From an uncultured Chloroflexia bacterium (GTDB lineage: Bacteria; Chloroflexota; Chloroflexia; QHBQ01; JADMIH01), in NCBI GenBank assembly GCA_963797095.1, contig CAWCNY010000002.1:320001-384000 (forward strand): a stretch of DNA of 64,000 nucleotides, read 5' to 3'. The first letter of the stretch is position 1. Every line of letters begins with the position of its first letter. Below are positions 31,429 to 41,930 of the stretch, one piece after another. The position numbers and the translations under genes were made by a program. The notes under the pieces were generated by a model. It was not told the origin of the DNA and searched no databases. It saw only the letters and a list, made by a program, of their open reading frames with translations.

Positions 31429-33066
31429 CTACCGGCTGCTGATCGGGGTTGTTCTTCTTCCTATAGTCCAGACGTAGAGAGTATACAACACCGGCAATGT
31501 GTAAACCGCGATAGCCGATGTGATCTGTATTGTCCGGAACTCGGTTCGGCTCCAGAGCCACACGAAATCCCATACGAAGTAGTTGAGAACGCCGCCGATG
31601 CAGAAGAGGAGCATGCGATTTACGTTCTCTATGCGGGCTACAGGGGCTGTGAGGGCCACCAGCCAGAGGAGGTACCAGGGCTGGAACCAGAGCGATGCCA
31701 GGAGCAAGTATGCGAATATTATCTCATAGAACGCGATCAGCGTCCGCTGGAGGAGTTGGGCGCGTCCCTTGGGGGTGTTGGTGTTGGGTGTTTGGAGCAC
31801 CCACACGGCCAAGCCTGCTGCCACCAGAGCTACTATCCCGTAGGCGATATTGCGCACCCACCACTCCGCTATCGCCTGGCCCCACCCGAAATCCATCGTC
31901 AGGGTATCGAGGGCGACTTTTGATATGGAGGCTGTGAAGAGGGTGTCGCGATTGCGCGGCAGAAGGCTATCGGGGCCGGTCCAGAAGGGGGCGTAGAAGA
32001 TCGTAGCCAGCCCGACCGCAAGCACCGCGCCCACGGCCAGGGTAGATAAGGCTTTGGGGCGGGAGCGGTCGCGCCAGAGAGAGCAAAGGGCGACGGGTAG
32101 CAGTAAAAGGGGCACGAACTTGGTGAGGATGCCCGCCATCAACGCGGGTAGAACGGCCACACGCCATGCTTTCACCAGGAAGTAGATGGCGGCGAGGAGG
32201 AACATCGCCATGATGGCGTCGTTGTGGCCGTTGCCCGCCACCTCAAAGAGCACCAGAGGGTTCCAGGCGAAGAGGAGCGTGCCGCGCAAGGCCCATTCGG
32301 GCTTTATCGTGCGCAGGATGCCGTAGGTGAGGCCGATGCTTATGCCATAGGCAGCCATCACAAGGAGCTTGAAGCCGATCAGGTTGCCTAACAGGTCTCT
32401 GCCAGCCAGCCAGCTTACGCCTGCGGCCAGCGATTCCCATACCGGGCCGTAGGGCGATGGGTCGCCCTTCCAGGCCACGTACTGCTGCAAGGGGTCGCCG
32501 ACAATGCTGCTGGGCAGGGTGGTGAACGGGTTGTAGCCATAGTGAGCGGTGAGGCGCGCCCTGAATATCTGGTCGAACAGGTCGGCAGCGCCTACAGGGT
32601 ACATGAAGAGGAGGTTGACAGCGAAGAAGACGGCCCAGCCGCAGATCATTACCAGCGCGAAGCGCCTGAAAAGTGGCGTGATGCCCTCGGCGGGTGGGCA
32701 GATGCGAAAGGCGGCGTAGTAGCAGGCGAAAAGGACGATCCAGGTGAAGGCCCACTCGTTGGCTGAAAGCCCCGTGTGCCCGTTGATTTTGGCAAGGTCC
32801 AGCAGGGGTGTCGTATAGTAGACGAGCAGTTGGTACGGCTCTACGAAACCGAGGAAGTAAGAGATGCCGGACACACCGCCCAGGGCGACCAGCGCCGACA
32901 GGGCAAGCCAGGGTTCGCGCAGCCGCCGCGGGCGGCTTGGAAGCGCGCTGGAGGCTCCTCCGCTCAATGGCAAATCTGTTGGGTATTCTGTTTGTGGTTG
33001 TTCTTGAGCCTGCGGCGGCTGCACATCCGCGCTCCGTGGGCTATCGGGAGTGAAGATTTGCATCAT
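31429..33066 (-). CDS. GT-C membrane glycosyltransferase (MptA/GT87-like)
   Basis: YGPVW, FAWNPL....GNGHND, K..P and FQPWY motifs; multiple TM segments. Confidence 0.8.
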   Translation of the reverse strand: MMQIFTPDSPRSADVQPPQAQEQPQTEYPTDLPLSGGASSALPSRPRRLREPWLALSALVALGGVSGISYFLGFVEPYQLLVYYTTPLLDLAKINGHTGLSANEWAFTWIVLFACYYAAFRICPPAEGITPLFRRFALVMICGWAVFFAVNLLFMYPVGAADLFDQIFRARLTAHYGYNPFTTLPSSIVGDPLQQYVAWKGDPSPYGPVWESLAAGVSWLAGRDLLGNLIGFKLLVMAAYGISIGLTYGILRTIKPEWALRGTLLFAWNPLVLFEVAGNGHNDAIMAMFLLAAIYFLVKAWRVAVLPALMAGILTKFVPLLLLPVALCSLWRDRSRPKALSTLAVGAVLAVGLATIFYAPFWTGPDSLLPRNRDTLFTASISKVALDTLTMDFGWGQAIAEWWVRNIAYGIVALVAAGLAVWVLQTPNTNTPKGRAQLLQRTLIAFYEIIFAYLLLASLWFQPWYLLWLVALTAPVARIENVNRMLLFCIGGVLNYFVWDFVWLWSRTEFRTIQITSAIAVYTLPVLYTLYVWTIGRRTTPISSR

Positions 33067-33259
33067 AGTGATGCTCTAGCCATTGGATTATTATAGACCA
33101 ATGGGTAGACATGTGACGAATAAACGAGGCATGAGAGGATGGCGGACGAAGGACGAAGGAGTGTACGTAAGGAGGTGGAGGGGCATGTCTGGCTGTTGGA
33201 ATCCTGTTTCGTGGCCGCTGATTATGGTATCCTACTTCTAAATCTTTAGTTCCTGTCCT

Positions 33260-35833
33260 ATGATCGCATCTCAAGAGACGCAGGAAGCGCCAGAGTCCAC
33301 AACCGGCGATTATCATCTCGCTTCGGGCAAAAGTACGGGGCCGGTTTCTCGGTATTCCGGCCTGAGGCGCATCGTGCGAGACCCGAATATCGGGGTTCCG
33401 ATACTCCTGTTTGTGCTGGCGTTCGTTTTCATGTCGCCAGGGCTGCCACCTCTCAAAGTGGCAGCATCCATGCACCAACTGCTGGTCTTCCCACCGTGGC
33501 AGGCGGTCTATCCGGACGTTACCTCCACTATTCGAGGTGGGGACCCGATCCAGCAGCAACTGCCGTGGCGGCACTGGGCGCAGGACGAACTGGCGGCAGG
33601 GAGATTCCCGCTGTGGGCCAGCGGACCGCTCGGTGGAGCGCCCATATTCGCGTACTACCAGTCGGCGGTGCTCTATCCGCTCAATCTGCTGTGGGTGCTT
33701 GTGCCTATATGGATCGGGGCGGGGATTGTGATGGCGCTCAAGCTGTGGCTGGCGGGGCTTGGGATGTGGGTGTTCCTGCGCGCTCTGAAATTGCACTGGA
33801 CGGCTTCGCTGCTTGGGGCGTTGGGGTTCATGTTCTGCACGAGTATGGTTGTATGGTTGCCGTGGGCGCACACCAATGTGTTTCTACTTATGCCCTGGCT
33901 GGCCTGGAGTATATACGCCTGGTGCGTGGAGGAGAAGCGCTGGGCGCCGGTAGCATTGGCTATAACGCTGGGTTGCGCTGTGCTGGGAGGTCACCCTGAG
34001 AACCTCTCCATCGTGACCATTACAGCTGGGATCTGGGCGCTGGGACTGATAGCGGGGAGCGCCCCGCAACGCTGGCCTCGCCAGGTGGGAGGCTTGCTGG
34101 TGGGGGGCATTGTGGGGCTGGCTATCGGAGCGGTGCAGGTACTACCTTTCCTGGAAGCCTACAACTTGTCTCATATTGCGCTGGACCCGGGTAGGGCCGT
34201 CGCATGGCAAATACACCAGGACGCCAGTATGATGATGGACTGGATCATGCCGCGTTGGTGGGGGCAGATTTTCGATGGAGTGGTGGATGGGCCGCTGGGT
34301 TTCTACGATACCGGGTATGTTGGCCTGCCTGCACTGGTGGGACTCGGTTTTGGGGTGGTGGCTCTAGTTCGGAGAAGGTTGAATCTGAGGCTTGTGCTGC
34401 CGTTGTTGGCGATGTTGGTCTTCGCCTGGATCATCACATACGACGATAATTTCGGCAATTTGATCCGGCAACTGCCGGCGTTCAGCCACAGTCTCAATAT
34501 GCGCTGGGTCTTCTCGGTGGAGTTTTCAGTGCTTGTGCTGGGAGCTTTTGGATGGGATTGGTTTGCGCGCTTCGTGGACGAAAGACGAAGGACGACGGAT
34601 GCTGGAAATAGGGGGCCGGAGAATGCGGTAGGCAATAGTCGCGTATCACGTATCACGTACCCTGTTGTAGTTGGGATAGTGCTGCTGGTGGTGGGGGTGG
34701 TGATTCTTATCGAGCATTGGGTGGGGTTGTTTCAGCAGCCTGACCTGGGCACGCCTCGCGGCAATCTAGCTACCGCGAGTTACAGGTTCTACTGGGGTAT
34801 CTGGGTGGGTGGCGTGGCTTTGAGCATGGCGGGAGCTATCTTATTGTGGTGGCTGGGATGGTTGGGGAGGCGCACCGCGCCTGTTATGGGGCTGGTTATG
34901 GGAGGGTTGCTGACGGCAGACCTCTGGATGTTGCTTTTTACGTTCAATCCCGGCGCGCCCGCCAACTGGTATTATCCGGTCACCGACTTCATCGGCCAGA
35001 CGAAGTCGCTGGTTCCCTCGCCGGAGAGGTTGGTTGCGCAGGGTGAGGTAATGGTGACGAACACGGGGCTTGTCTATGACATACGCGACTGGCGATACCA
35101 GGACCCGATGATCAGCGAGCGATCTTTTCAGGCGGCGGAGCTGCTAAGCCCAGGTTTTAAGAACGAGTTGTGGACGCGGTACAACATGTACTTTTCGGGG
35201 ATAAGGCTGGAGGTAGCCCCGATCTTCGGCATCCGCTATGTCGTGTTTCCGGGGGGCGCGAACCCGGACTACCGGGAGCCGGACCCAGAGATGGCTCCGC
35301 TAAAGAGGCTGGCATTTACCGGAGGGGTTGGTCTGTGGGAGATAGAGGGTGTGCCAGGGTTCACTTATTTGAGCGATTACGTGGAGGCGGTGCCGGGGGA
35401 GGCGGAAGCGCGCAAGTGGGTGCAGAACCTGACCTGGGAGAAGGTGCGGGCTTATCCGGCGGTGGTTGAGGCTCCCGCGAGCGCGTTGGCGAATATAGCG
35501 CGTTCGACTGACGGTACATCGCCCGGCAGCACCGATGTGGTTGCGTATACGCCCGGCCATATCGTGATAGAGACTGACGCACAGCGTCCCGCTCTGCTGG
35601 TGGTGGCCGAGAGCTATTATCCAGGGTGGCACGCCACGCTGGATGGGCAGCCGGTAGAGACGCTACGCGCCAACTATATTTCGCAGGGAGTAGTTGTGCC
35701 CGCAGGTAAGCACACCGTTGAGATGAAGTATGAGCCGGATTCATTCAGAAACGGTGCCTTGTTGAGCGTTGCCGGACTGCTGGGATTGGGTGGGTTGATC
35801 GTCTGGTGGCGTCGGGGAGCACGCCGGGCATGA
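33260..35833 (+). CDS. YfhO-family membrane glycosyltransferase-like protein 1
   Basis: D...Q.LPW, PLW.....GG.P, YPLN, multiple TM segments, C-terminal ESYYPGW.A.LDG...G.H.V...Y.P. Confidence 0.85.
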   Translation: MIASQETQEAPESTTGDYHLASGKSTGPVSRYSGLRRIVRDPNIGVPILLFVLAFVFMSPGLPPLKVAASMHQLLVFPPWQAVYPDVTSTIRGGDPIQQQLPWRHWAQDELAAGRFPLWASGPLGGAPIFAYYQSAVLYPLNLLWVLVPIWIGAGIVMALKLWLAGLGMWVFLRALKLHWTASLLGALGFMFCTSMVVWLPWAHTNVFLLMPWLAWSIYAWCVEEKRWAPVALAITLGCAVLGGHPENLSIVTITAGIWALGLIAGSAPQRWPRQVGGLLVGGIVGLAIGAVQVLPFLEAYNLSHIALDPGRAVAWQIHQDASMMMDWIMPRWWGQIFDGVVDGPLGFYDTGYVGLPALVGLGFGVVALVRRRLNLRLVLPLLAMLVFAWIITYDDNFGNLIRQLPAFSHSLNMRWVFSVEFSVLVLGAFGWDWFARFVDERRRTTDAGNRGPENAVGNSRVSRITYPVVVGIVLLVVGVVILIEHWVGLFQQPDLGTPRGNLATASYRFYWGIWVGGVALSMAGAILLWWLGWLGRRTAPVMGLVMGGLLTADLWMLLFTFNPGAPANWYYPVTDFIGQTKSLVPSPERLVAQGEVMVTNTGLVYDIRDWRYQDPMISERSFQAAELLSPGFKNELWTRYNMYFSGIRLEVAPIFGIRYVVFPGGANPDYREPDPEMAPLKRLAFTGGVGLWEIEGVPGFTYLSDYVEAVPGEAEARKWVQNLTWEKVRAYPAVVEAPASALANIARSTDGTSPGSTDVVAYTPGHIVIETDAQRPALLVVAESYYPGWHATLDGQPVETLRANYISQGVVVPAGKHTVEMKYEPDSFRNGALLSVAGLLGLGGLIVWWRRGARRA

Positions 35834-38367
35834 ATGGCGCTCCGGGGTCTACGGTCCGCGATCTAGGGTCCAAGATCAAGAACCTGCAATTGGGGGTTCC
35901 GCTACTTCTGCTTCTGCTGGCATTTGTGTTCATGTCGCCGGGTATGCCGCCTTTTCGGGTGGCCGCGCCCATGGACCAACTGCTTATTTTCCCTCCGTGG
36001 CACGCGGTATTCCCCGATGTGGAGGCACGATTGCTGGGCAGCGATGTGCTGTTCCAGCAGTTGCCGTGGCACCACTGGATGCAGGACGAGCTTAAGGCGT
36101 GGCGCTTCCCGCTGTGGGTGTCGGGGCCGCTGGGCGGGTATCCGCTGTTTGCTTACTACCAGGTGGGAGTGCTTTTCCCGCTGAACCTGTTGTGGGCGCT
36201 GTTCCCTACGGGGGCGAGCTTTGGGCCTATTCTGGCGCTCAAGGTGTGGATCGCGGGGCTTGGGATGTGGCTTCTTCTGCGCGCACTCAACCTGCGCAAG
36301 AGCGCATCACTTTTGGGGGCGCTGGGGTTCATGTTCTCTACGGATCTTGTGGTGTGGCTTCCGTGGAGCCACACGAATGCGTATATACTGCTGCCCTGGC
36401 TGTGCTGGGCCGCCTACGAATGGTGCGACAACAGGAAGAAGGGGGCGCTGGCGGGATTTGCTTTTTTGTGGGCTTGCGCACTGCTGGGGGGGAGTCCGGA
36501 GTTCTTCTTTATAGTGGCGGTGTGTGCAGGATTCTGGGTGCTTGGTTTGATTGTGTCGAGCAGGCCGCAGAAGTGGGGATGGCAGGTGGGTGGGTTGGCG
36601 GTGGCGGTGGCGGTGGGCACGCTGATGGGGGCGATCCAGCTTTTGCCGTTCCTGGAAGCGCTTGGGTTGAGCCACATCGCTACCATACGCCCCGTGGATG
36701 TGGAGGCTGCCGTCGAGCGGGCGCGGCTGCACCTGAGTGCGGATATGATCATCAACTGGGTCGAGCCACGATGGTGGGGACAGGTGTATGATGGGGTGCT
36801 TGGGAACAGTTATTTGCCTAACGAGTCGAACGGGTATGTGGGGCAGGTGGCGCTCCTTGGACTGCCTTTGCTGGCGATAGGGGCGGTCAGGCGCAAGATC
36901 GACTTGCGGCTCATGCTGCCGTGGGTTGCGCTTGTTCTGTTTTGCTGGGTATTGGTGTACGATGATGAGTTGGGGGTGTGGGTGCGGCGTCTGCCCGGAT
37001 TCAGCCAGATGGTGAACGACAGGTTCTTGCTGGGGCTGGCGTTTGGCTTGCTTGTGCTGGGGGCACTGGGGTGGGACTGGTTTGCGCGAGTGCTGGAGGG
37101 GTGGCGGGCGGCGAAGACCGGATCGATAGAGAGTGAGCGCGGTTTGTGGGTTGTGTGGCTTGGGGTGGGCCTTGTTATGGTGAGCACGGTTTTTTTGCTT
37201 GTGCATTGGCTGGGGTTGGTGCCTCACCCTGACGTGGGTATGAGTCTGGACAGGCCGCTTCTTGGGGCGCTCTTTGCGCCCAATGCGGATTATCGGCTTT
37301 ACTGGACCTCCTGGGAGGTTGGGATACTGGTTGGGATCGTGGGGGCGGGGATGGTGTGGTGGGGAGCCTCGCGGGGTGGAGCTAGCGGGGGGATGATGTT
37401 GGGGCGCTTTGCGGTGGTGGCTCCCCTGGCGATCGGGGCCTTTCTGGTGGCCGATCTGTGGCAGTTACTTTTTACATTTAACCCAACCGCGCCAGCCGAC
37501 TGGTATTACCCGGAGACGAGTTTTATTGAGCAGCTGGTGACGAATGTGCCGGCTACAGAGCGGGTGATCGCGGAGGGGGATGCGCTGCTTGCCAACACGG
37601 GGCTGGTTTACGGGTATCGTGATTGGAGGGCGCAGGACCCGATGTTTACCGAGCGTGCTATGGTGGCTTCGACGCTGCTTGACCCCGATTATCGCAATAA
37701 TACGTGGGATCGCTACAACATGAGCCTGCATGACATCCGGCTGCCGGTCGCGCCGATGTTCGGTATCCGGTATTTTGTGTTTCCGACAGATATTGACCCC
37801 AACCACCCAGGCCCGGCGGATCCGGACAGGCCGACTTTTAAGCGACTGGCGTTTACGGAGGGATTGGGGTTATGGGAGGCTGATGGGGTGCCGGGGTTCG
37901 CTTACCTGAGCGATGATGTGACGGCTGTGCCGGACGAGGCTGCCGCACGAGAGTGGATGGACAAGATTACCTGGGAGCAAGTGCGCTTGTATGCGGCGAT
38001 GGTGGAGGCACCTGTGGAGAGGTTGGCGGGCGTGCAGCCTGCGGCAGATGGTAGCTCGCCGGGGTCGGCGTCGGTGGTGGAGTATACGCCTGGGCATATT
38101 CGCGTGGAGGTGGACGCAGCGCGTGCGTCGGTGTTGGTGGTGTCGGAGAGCTATTATCCGGGGTGGCACGCTGTGATCGATGGGCAAGACGTGGAGATAT
38201 TGCGCGCCAATTATTTGTCGCAGGGAGTGGTTGTGCCCGCAGGTAAGCATACGGTTGAGATGAAGTATGAGCCGGATTCGTTCCGGAACGGGGCGTTGTT
38301 GAGCCTGTTGGGTTTGGTGGGGCTGGGGGGATTGGTTGTGTGGCCGCGTTTCAGGAAGGGAGTGTAG
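35830..38367 (+). CDS. YfhO-family membrane glycosyltransferase-like protein 2
   Basis: Full-length paralog of 33260-35833; ATGA overlap with its stop. Confidence 0.85.
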   Translation: MNGAPGSTVRDLGSKIKNLQLGVPLLLLLLAFVFMSPGMPPFRVAAPMDQLLIFPPWHAVFPDVEARLLGSDVLFQQLPWHHWMQDELKAWRFPLWVSGPLGGYPLFAYYQVGVLFPLNLLWALFPTGASFGPILALKVWIAGLGMWLLLRALNLRKSASLLGALGFMFSTDLVVWLPWSHTNAYILLPWLCWAAYEWCDNRKKGALAGFAFLWACALLGGSPEFFFIVAVCAGFWVLGLIVSSRPQKWGWQVGGLAVAVAVGTLMGAIQLLPFLEALGLSHIATIRPVDVEAAVERARLHLSADMIINWVEPRWWGQVYDGVLGNSYLPNESNGYVGQVALLGLPLLAIGAVRRKIDLRLMLPWVALVLFCWVLVYDDELGVWVRRLPGFSQMVNDRFLLGLAFGLLVLGALGWDWFARVLEGWRAAKTGSIESERGLWVVWLGVGLVMVSTVFLLVHWLGLVPHPDVGMSLDRPLLGALFAPNADYRLYWTSWEVGILVGIVGAGMVWWGASRGGASGGMMLGRFAVVAPLAIGAFLVADLWQLLFTFNPTAPADWYYPETSFIEQLVTNVPATERVIAEGDALLANTGLVYGYRDWRAQDPMFTERAMVASTLLDPDYRNNTWDRYNMSLHDIRLPVAPMFGIRYFVFPTDIDPNHPGPADPDRPTFKRLAFTEGLGLWEADGVPGFAYLSDDVTAVPDEAAAREWMDKITWEQVRLYAAMVEAPVERLAGVQPAADGSSPGSASVVEYTPGHIRVEVDAARASVLVVSESYYPGWHAVIDGQDVEILRANYLSQGVVVPAGKHTVEMKYEPDSFRNGALLSLLGLVGLGGLVVWPRFRKGV

Positions 38368-38594
38368 GGGCCAGGTGTCTCCAGATCCTGCATGGCTGCT
38401 CTTTGTTGGCGTTGCGCCTGGCAAAGGGGATGATCTTGTTCAGGGTGGGCGCTATTTGGCTTGGAACGCCTGCGAATCGTGATCTTGGAGAGCGAGATCC
38501 TTCGCTTCGCTCAGGATGACGACCTCCCTGGTGGGGGAGTTGTGGGTGCTTTCTTGTTATCTGCCACTGGATCGCTGTGCTTTAGTGAGAGGTT

Positions 38595-39962
38595 TTAGCC
38601 GCGCTTCCAGGGTAGGCGGATGCGGTTGCGCGCCATCTCTTCGAGGAGGCGCACACGTTCTTCGAGGGCTATGATGGCGGCATTCTTGCGCTCGATCTCG
38701 GCTTCCAGGTGCTGGGTGTAGAGGGATGCCCTGGTTGCGCTTACTCTTTTTGTTGCTCTTTCAAGAGATTCGGGAAGTGCGGCACCTCTGGTGGGGCGTT
38801 CGGGGGTCATGTGGAAGAGGAACCATTGGCCATCGGTCTGGCCTTGCATGATGGCGCGCTCACCCGTTCCTACGAGGGTTGCAGAGATGTAGTGTTGGAA
38901 GATGCGCTCTTCCTCGCTTCTGTAGGGCTGGAAGTGGGTTTCAGGTTGGACCAGAGGGCAGAGGGTGGTGAAGCGTTTGGTGCTGAAGTTGTCGAGGAGG
39001 GTTTCAATAAGGCGTTCGCTGGACACGTCCTCGAAGGGCAATTCTTCTTCATCGTGTGTTTGGGGGTTCGAGGATTTGTGCTGCACTTGCTCAAGAGCCT
39101 CGGCGCGCATACCTGCTCGTACTACGTCCAGCATCTCGGCGCAGAGGATCTCCTGGAAGGTTTCCCAGCCGAGGACGGGGGTATCGTCGAAATCAATCGC
39201 CAACGCGCCCCAATCCAGCTTTGCTGCTGTACCGGTCACCGTTTTGTAGAGCCATGCCGGGTCGTTGTCCTGGACCCAGGCCAGGAACGGGTCCAGTTGG
39301 GCCATCACGATGTCGTGGAAGGCCCAGGTGTCCATGGTGGCTACTGCATGGTCTACGCCGACGAAGGTGCCGCCGGGCTTGAGGGAATGGCGCACCTGTT
39401 CCAGCAGTCCTTCAAGGTTTGCGATATGGTGGAGGGAGTCCCAGACGACCACGGCGTCGAACTCGCCCGCGGGGAGCTGGGCGTTGTTGAGGTCGGCATA
39501 TTCATACTGGACGCTGCCGAAGATGGTGGGGTCGTAGTCAAGCCCTGCGAAGTTTCTGTAGAGGTAGGGGGAGTTGCGGGTGTTGGTGTCGGCCATGTAG
39601 CGGGCCAGGGCGAGGTTGGCGGGGGAGATGTCGAGGGCGAGCACGTTGGCCCCGAGGCGGGCCATTTCGAGGGAGAGCCACCCAGCACCGCAGCCGAGGT
39701 CGAGCACGCGCAGGCCGGGGCGAGGGACGGCGGTGCGCAGGACGTAGGCGATCTCGCTCATGCGGAAGTTGATGCCGCTGGGGCCGAGGCAGAATGGCCG
39801 CCACTGATGGTTGTACCTGAACTGGGTAAAGGTGAGCCGCCAGTCGATGGAGCCGGGGATCTCGCCGCGCATTAGCCTCTGGGCAACGAAGCTGTCCCAG
39901 TACTCGCCTTCGCCTTCGAGGGCTTGGGTGTATTGGTCGTCCGGAATGTGGTTTGCGGGCAT
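38595..39962 (-). CDS. Class I SAM methyltransferase with C-terminal coiled coil
   Basis: VLDLGCGAG, FDAVV...SLHH and LKPGG motifs; LEAEIERKN...LEERV tail. Confidence 0.8.
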   Translation of the reverse strand: MPANHIPDDQYTQALEGEGEYWDSFVAQRLMRGEIPGSIDWRLTFTQFRYNHQWRPFCLGPSGINFRMSEIAYVLRTAVPRPGLRVLDLGCGAGWLSLEMARLGANVLALDISPANLALARYMADTNTRNSPYLYRNFAGLDYDPTIFGSVQYEYADLNNAQLPAGEFDAVVVWDSLHHIANLEGLLEQVRHSLKPGGTFVGVDHAVATMDTWAFHDIVMAQLDPFLAWVQDNDPAWLYKTVTGTAAKLDWGALAIDFDDTPVLGWETFQEILCAEMLDVVRAGMRAEALEQVQHKSSNPQTHDEEELPFEDVSSERLIETLLDNFSTKRFTTLCPLVQPETHFQPYRSEEERIFQHYISATLVGTGERAIMQGQTDGQWFLFHMTPERPTRGAALPESLERATKRVSATRASLYTQHLEAEIERKNAAIIALEERVRLLEEMARNRIRLPWKRG

Positions 39963-40039
39963 AGGGAGAACGAATTAGAACACGAAGATACGCAGAAGTA
40001 CGACTTCGTACTTCTGCGTATCTTCGTGGTAGAAGCTAA

Positions 40040-41056
40040 TTACATCCGGTCGAGGACTTCTTTCACTTTGGCGTCGTACTGCTCCTGGGAGATCAGGCCG
40101 TCGGTTAGCATTTGCTTTAGCTGCTTGAGGACGGTGGAAGGATCGGGAGCGGCAGGTGTTTGCGGTTGCTGCTGCGGCTGCTGGCTCTGCGCCTGGGCCA
40201 TGTTCTGGCCGATGATCTGGGCCATGCCAGCGCCTACGCCCATGCCTGCACCGAGGCCGACACCGAGGCCAGCCGCGCCGCCTGCGTCGCCGCCCTGGGC
40301 CGCGCCCTGGCCGACGCCGCCAATAGCCTGCGCCGTCTGGTACTGGAGGTACTGGTTCATGTTGCCGACCACGCCCATGCCTGTGCGCTCGTCGATCCGC
40401 TTGGAGACCTCTTCGGGGGGCGAGATGGTGGTGACGTAGAGGGCCTTGAGGATGAGGCCGAGGTTAGCGAAGTCGTCGTTGACGGAGGCCTTGAGGCCCG
40501 CGCCCACCTCGTTGTACTTGGCGGGAAGGTCGAGGAGGGTGGTCATGGTCTCGCCCATGATATCGTTGAAGCGCGAGACTATGATGCTGCGCAGGTAGTC
40601 CTCGATCTGGCCGGTCTCATAGAGGCCCTGGGTGCCTACGACCTTGTTGACGAAGAGTTGCGGATCGTTGACGGCCATCGCGTAGGTGCCAAAGGCGCGC
40701 AGGCGGACCATGCCGAACTCGCTGTCGCGGAAGGTCACGGGTTCCATAGTGCCCCACTTCATATCAAGGAGGTCGGCGAGGTTGACAAAGATCACCTCGG
40801 CCCGGAAGGGCGACTTGCCGCCGAAGGGGAGGCTGATGAGGTTGGCGAGGAGGGGGATGTTCATGGTGGAGAGGGTGTGCCTCCCCGGCCCGAACACGTC
40901 GAGGGCTTTGCCGTCGCGGAAGAAGACGGCAGCCTGGCTCTCGCGCACAACCAGTTGGGAGCCAAGCCGGAATTCGCCTGACCCGCCCTCAGGCACACGG
41001 TGAACTATCTGACGGCCTGTTGGGTCTAAGAACTCTACTACATCCAGAATTGCCAT
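40040..41056 (-). CDS. SPFH/band-7 domain protein (YdjI-like) with C-terminal SHOCT
   Basis: GSQLVVRESQAAVF..DG, KWGT..P, RLRAFG and GMGVGAGM motifs; SHOCT tail. Confidence 0.88.
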   Translation of the reverse strand: MAILDVVEFLDPTGRQIVHRVPEGGSGEFRLGSQLVVRESQAAVFFRDGKALDVFGPGRHTLSTMNIPLLANLISLPFGGKSPFRAEVIFVNLADLLDMKWGTMEPVTFRDSEFGMVRLRAFGTYAMAVNDPQLFVNKVVGTQGLYETGQIEDYLRSIIVSRFNDIMGETMTTLLDLPAKYNEVGAGLKASVNDDFANLGLILKALYVTTISPPEEVSKRIDERTGMGVVGNMNQYLQYQTAQAIGGVGQGAAQGGDAGGAAGLGVGLGAGMGVGAGMAQIIGQNMAQAQSQQPQQQPQTPAAPDPSTVLKQLKQMLTDGLISQEQYDAKVKEVLDRM

Positions 41057-41150
41057 GTGATTGCTCCTTTATTGGGTTGCAAGTTCCAAGTTCCTAGTTT
41101 CTCGTTCCAGGTTTTGCTTGTCGCATGTCAATAACCAGGAACCAAGAACT

Positions 41151-41831
41151 TTACTGTCCGCCGCTCATGCCCATCTTGGTTTTGAGGTCGGCTAATTGCT
41201 GGTCGATCTGGGTGTTGCGCTCGTCGGTGTCGAATCTGCCAGCCACATCATCGCCTTCGTCGCTGTTTAGCTCGGCTTCGGCTCCCTGGCGTGCCTCTTC
41301 CATTCGTATGCGCTGCTCCATACGCGACAGATCGCTGCTGTAATCGGTCACGTCGAGGTTGCGGCTGGTCTGGTCGATCTGTTGCTGTACTTTTACACGG
41401 CGGTGGCGGGCAAGGAGGGAGTCGCGGTTATTGACCGCATCCTTGTACTTGTCCTCCAGAGCATCAAGTTGCCCACGCAGGCGAGTTACCATCTCGGTCT
41501 GGGCTTGAAGCTGCTGCTGAAGCACGGTAATGTTGGCGTCCGAGTCGGCCTTGCGCTTGAGGGCCTCTTTCGCCATGGCGTCGTTCTCCATACGGACGTA
41601 GTGCATGGCGCGCTCTTCCATGTGCTTGGCTTTGTCCTGCTCGGCTTTCAGGTCGTCTTGATAAAGTTTCTGCTGGGCCATCATATCGGCCACCTGGTTG
41701 CGCGCTTTGCTGATCTCGCTCTCCATATCGCGCAAAATCTGGTTGAGCATTATCTCCGGGTCTTCCGCCGAATCGAGCATGTCGTTGATGTTTGCTCGGA
41801 TCAGCGTGGACAGCCTTTCTAGTATTCCCAT
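41151..41831 (-). CDS. pspA: PspA/IM30 family protein
   Basis: MGILERLSTLIRANINDMLDSAEDPE start; coiled coil throughout; LADLK C-terminus. Confidence 0.92.
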   Translation of the reverse strand: MGILERLSTLIRANINDMLDSAEDPEIMLNQILRDMESEISKARNQVADMMAQQKLYQDDLKAEQDKAKHMEERAMHYVRMENDAMAKEALKRKADSDANITVLQQQLQAQTEMVTRLRGQLDALEDKYKDAVNNRDSLLARHRRVKVQQQIDQTSRNLDVTDYSSDLSRMEQRIRMEEARQGAEAELNSDEGDDVAGRFDTDERNTQIDQQLADLKTKMGMSGGQ

Positions 41832-41930
41832 CTTGGTGTTCCCCCTTTTTGTTGATGCATGATTACGAGTGACGAGTGACGAGTGACGGAATGCATAGTA
41901 CGAAGTAAGCAGTACGCTGTAGTTCGCGTA

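Noticed and set aside
38709-39875. Long antisense ORFs (also 23973-24971, 36307-37227, 43832-44869)
   Set aside because: These are shadow frames of well-supported genes on the opposite strand in GC-rich DNA.
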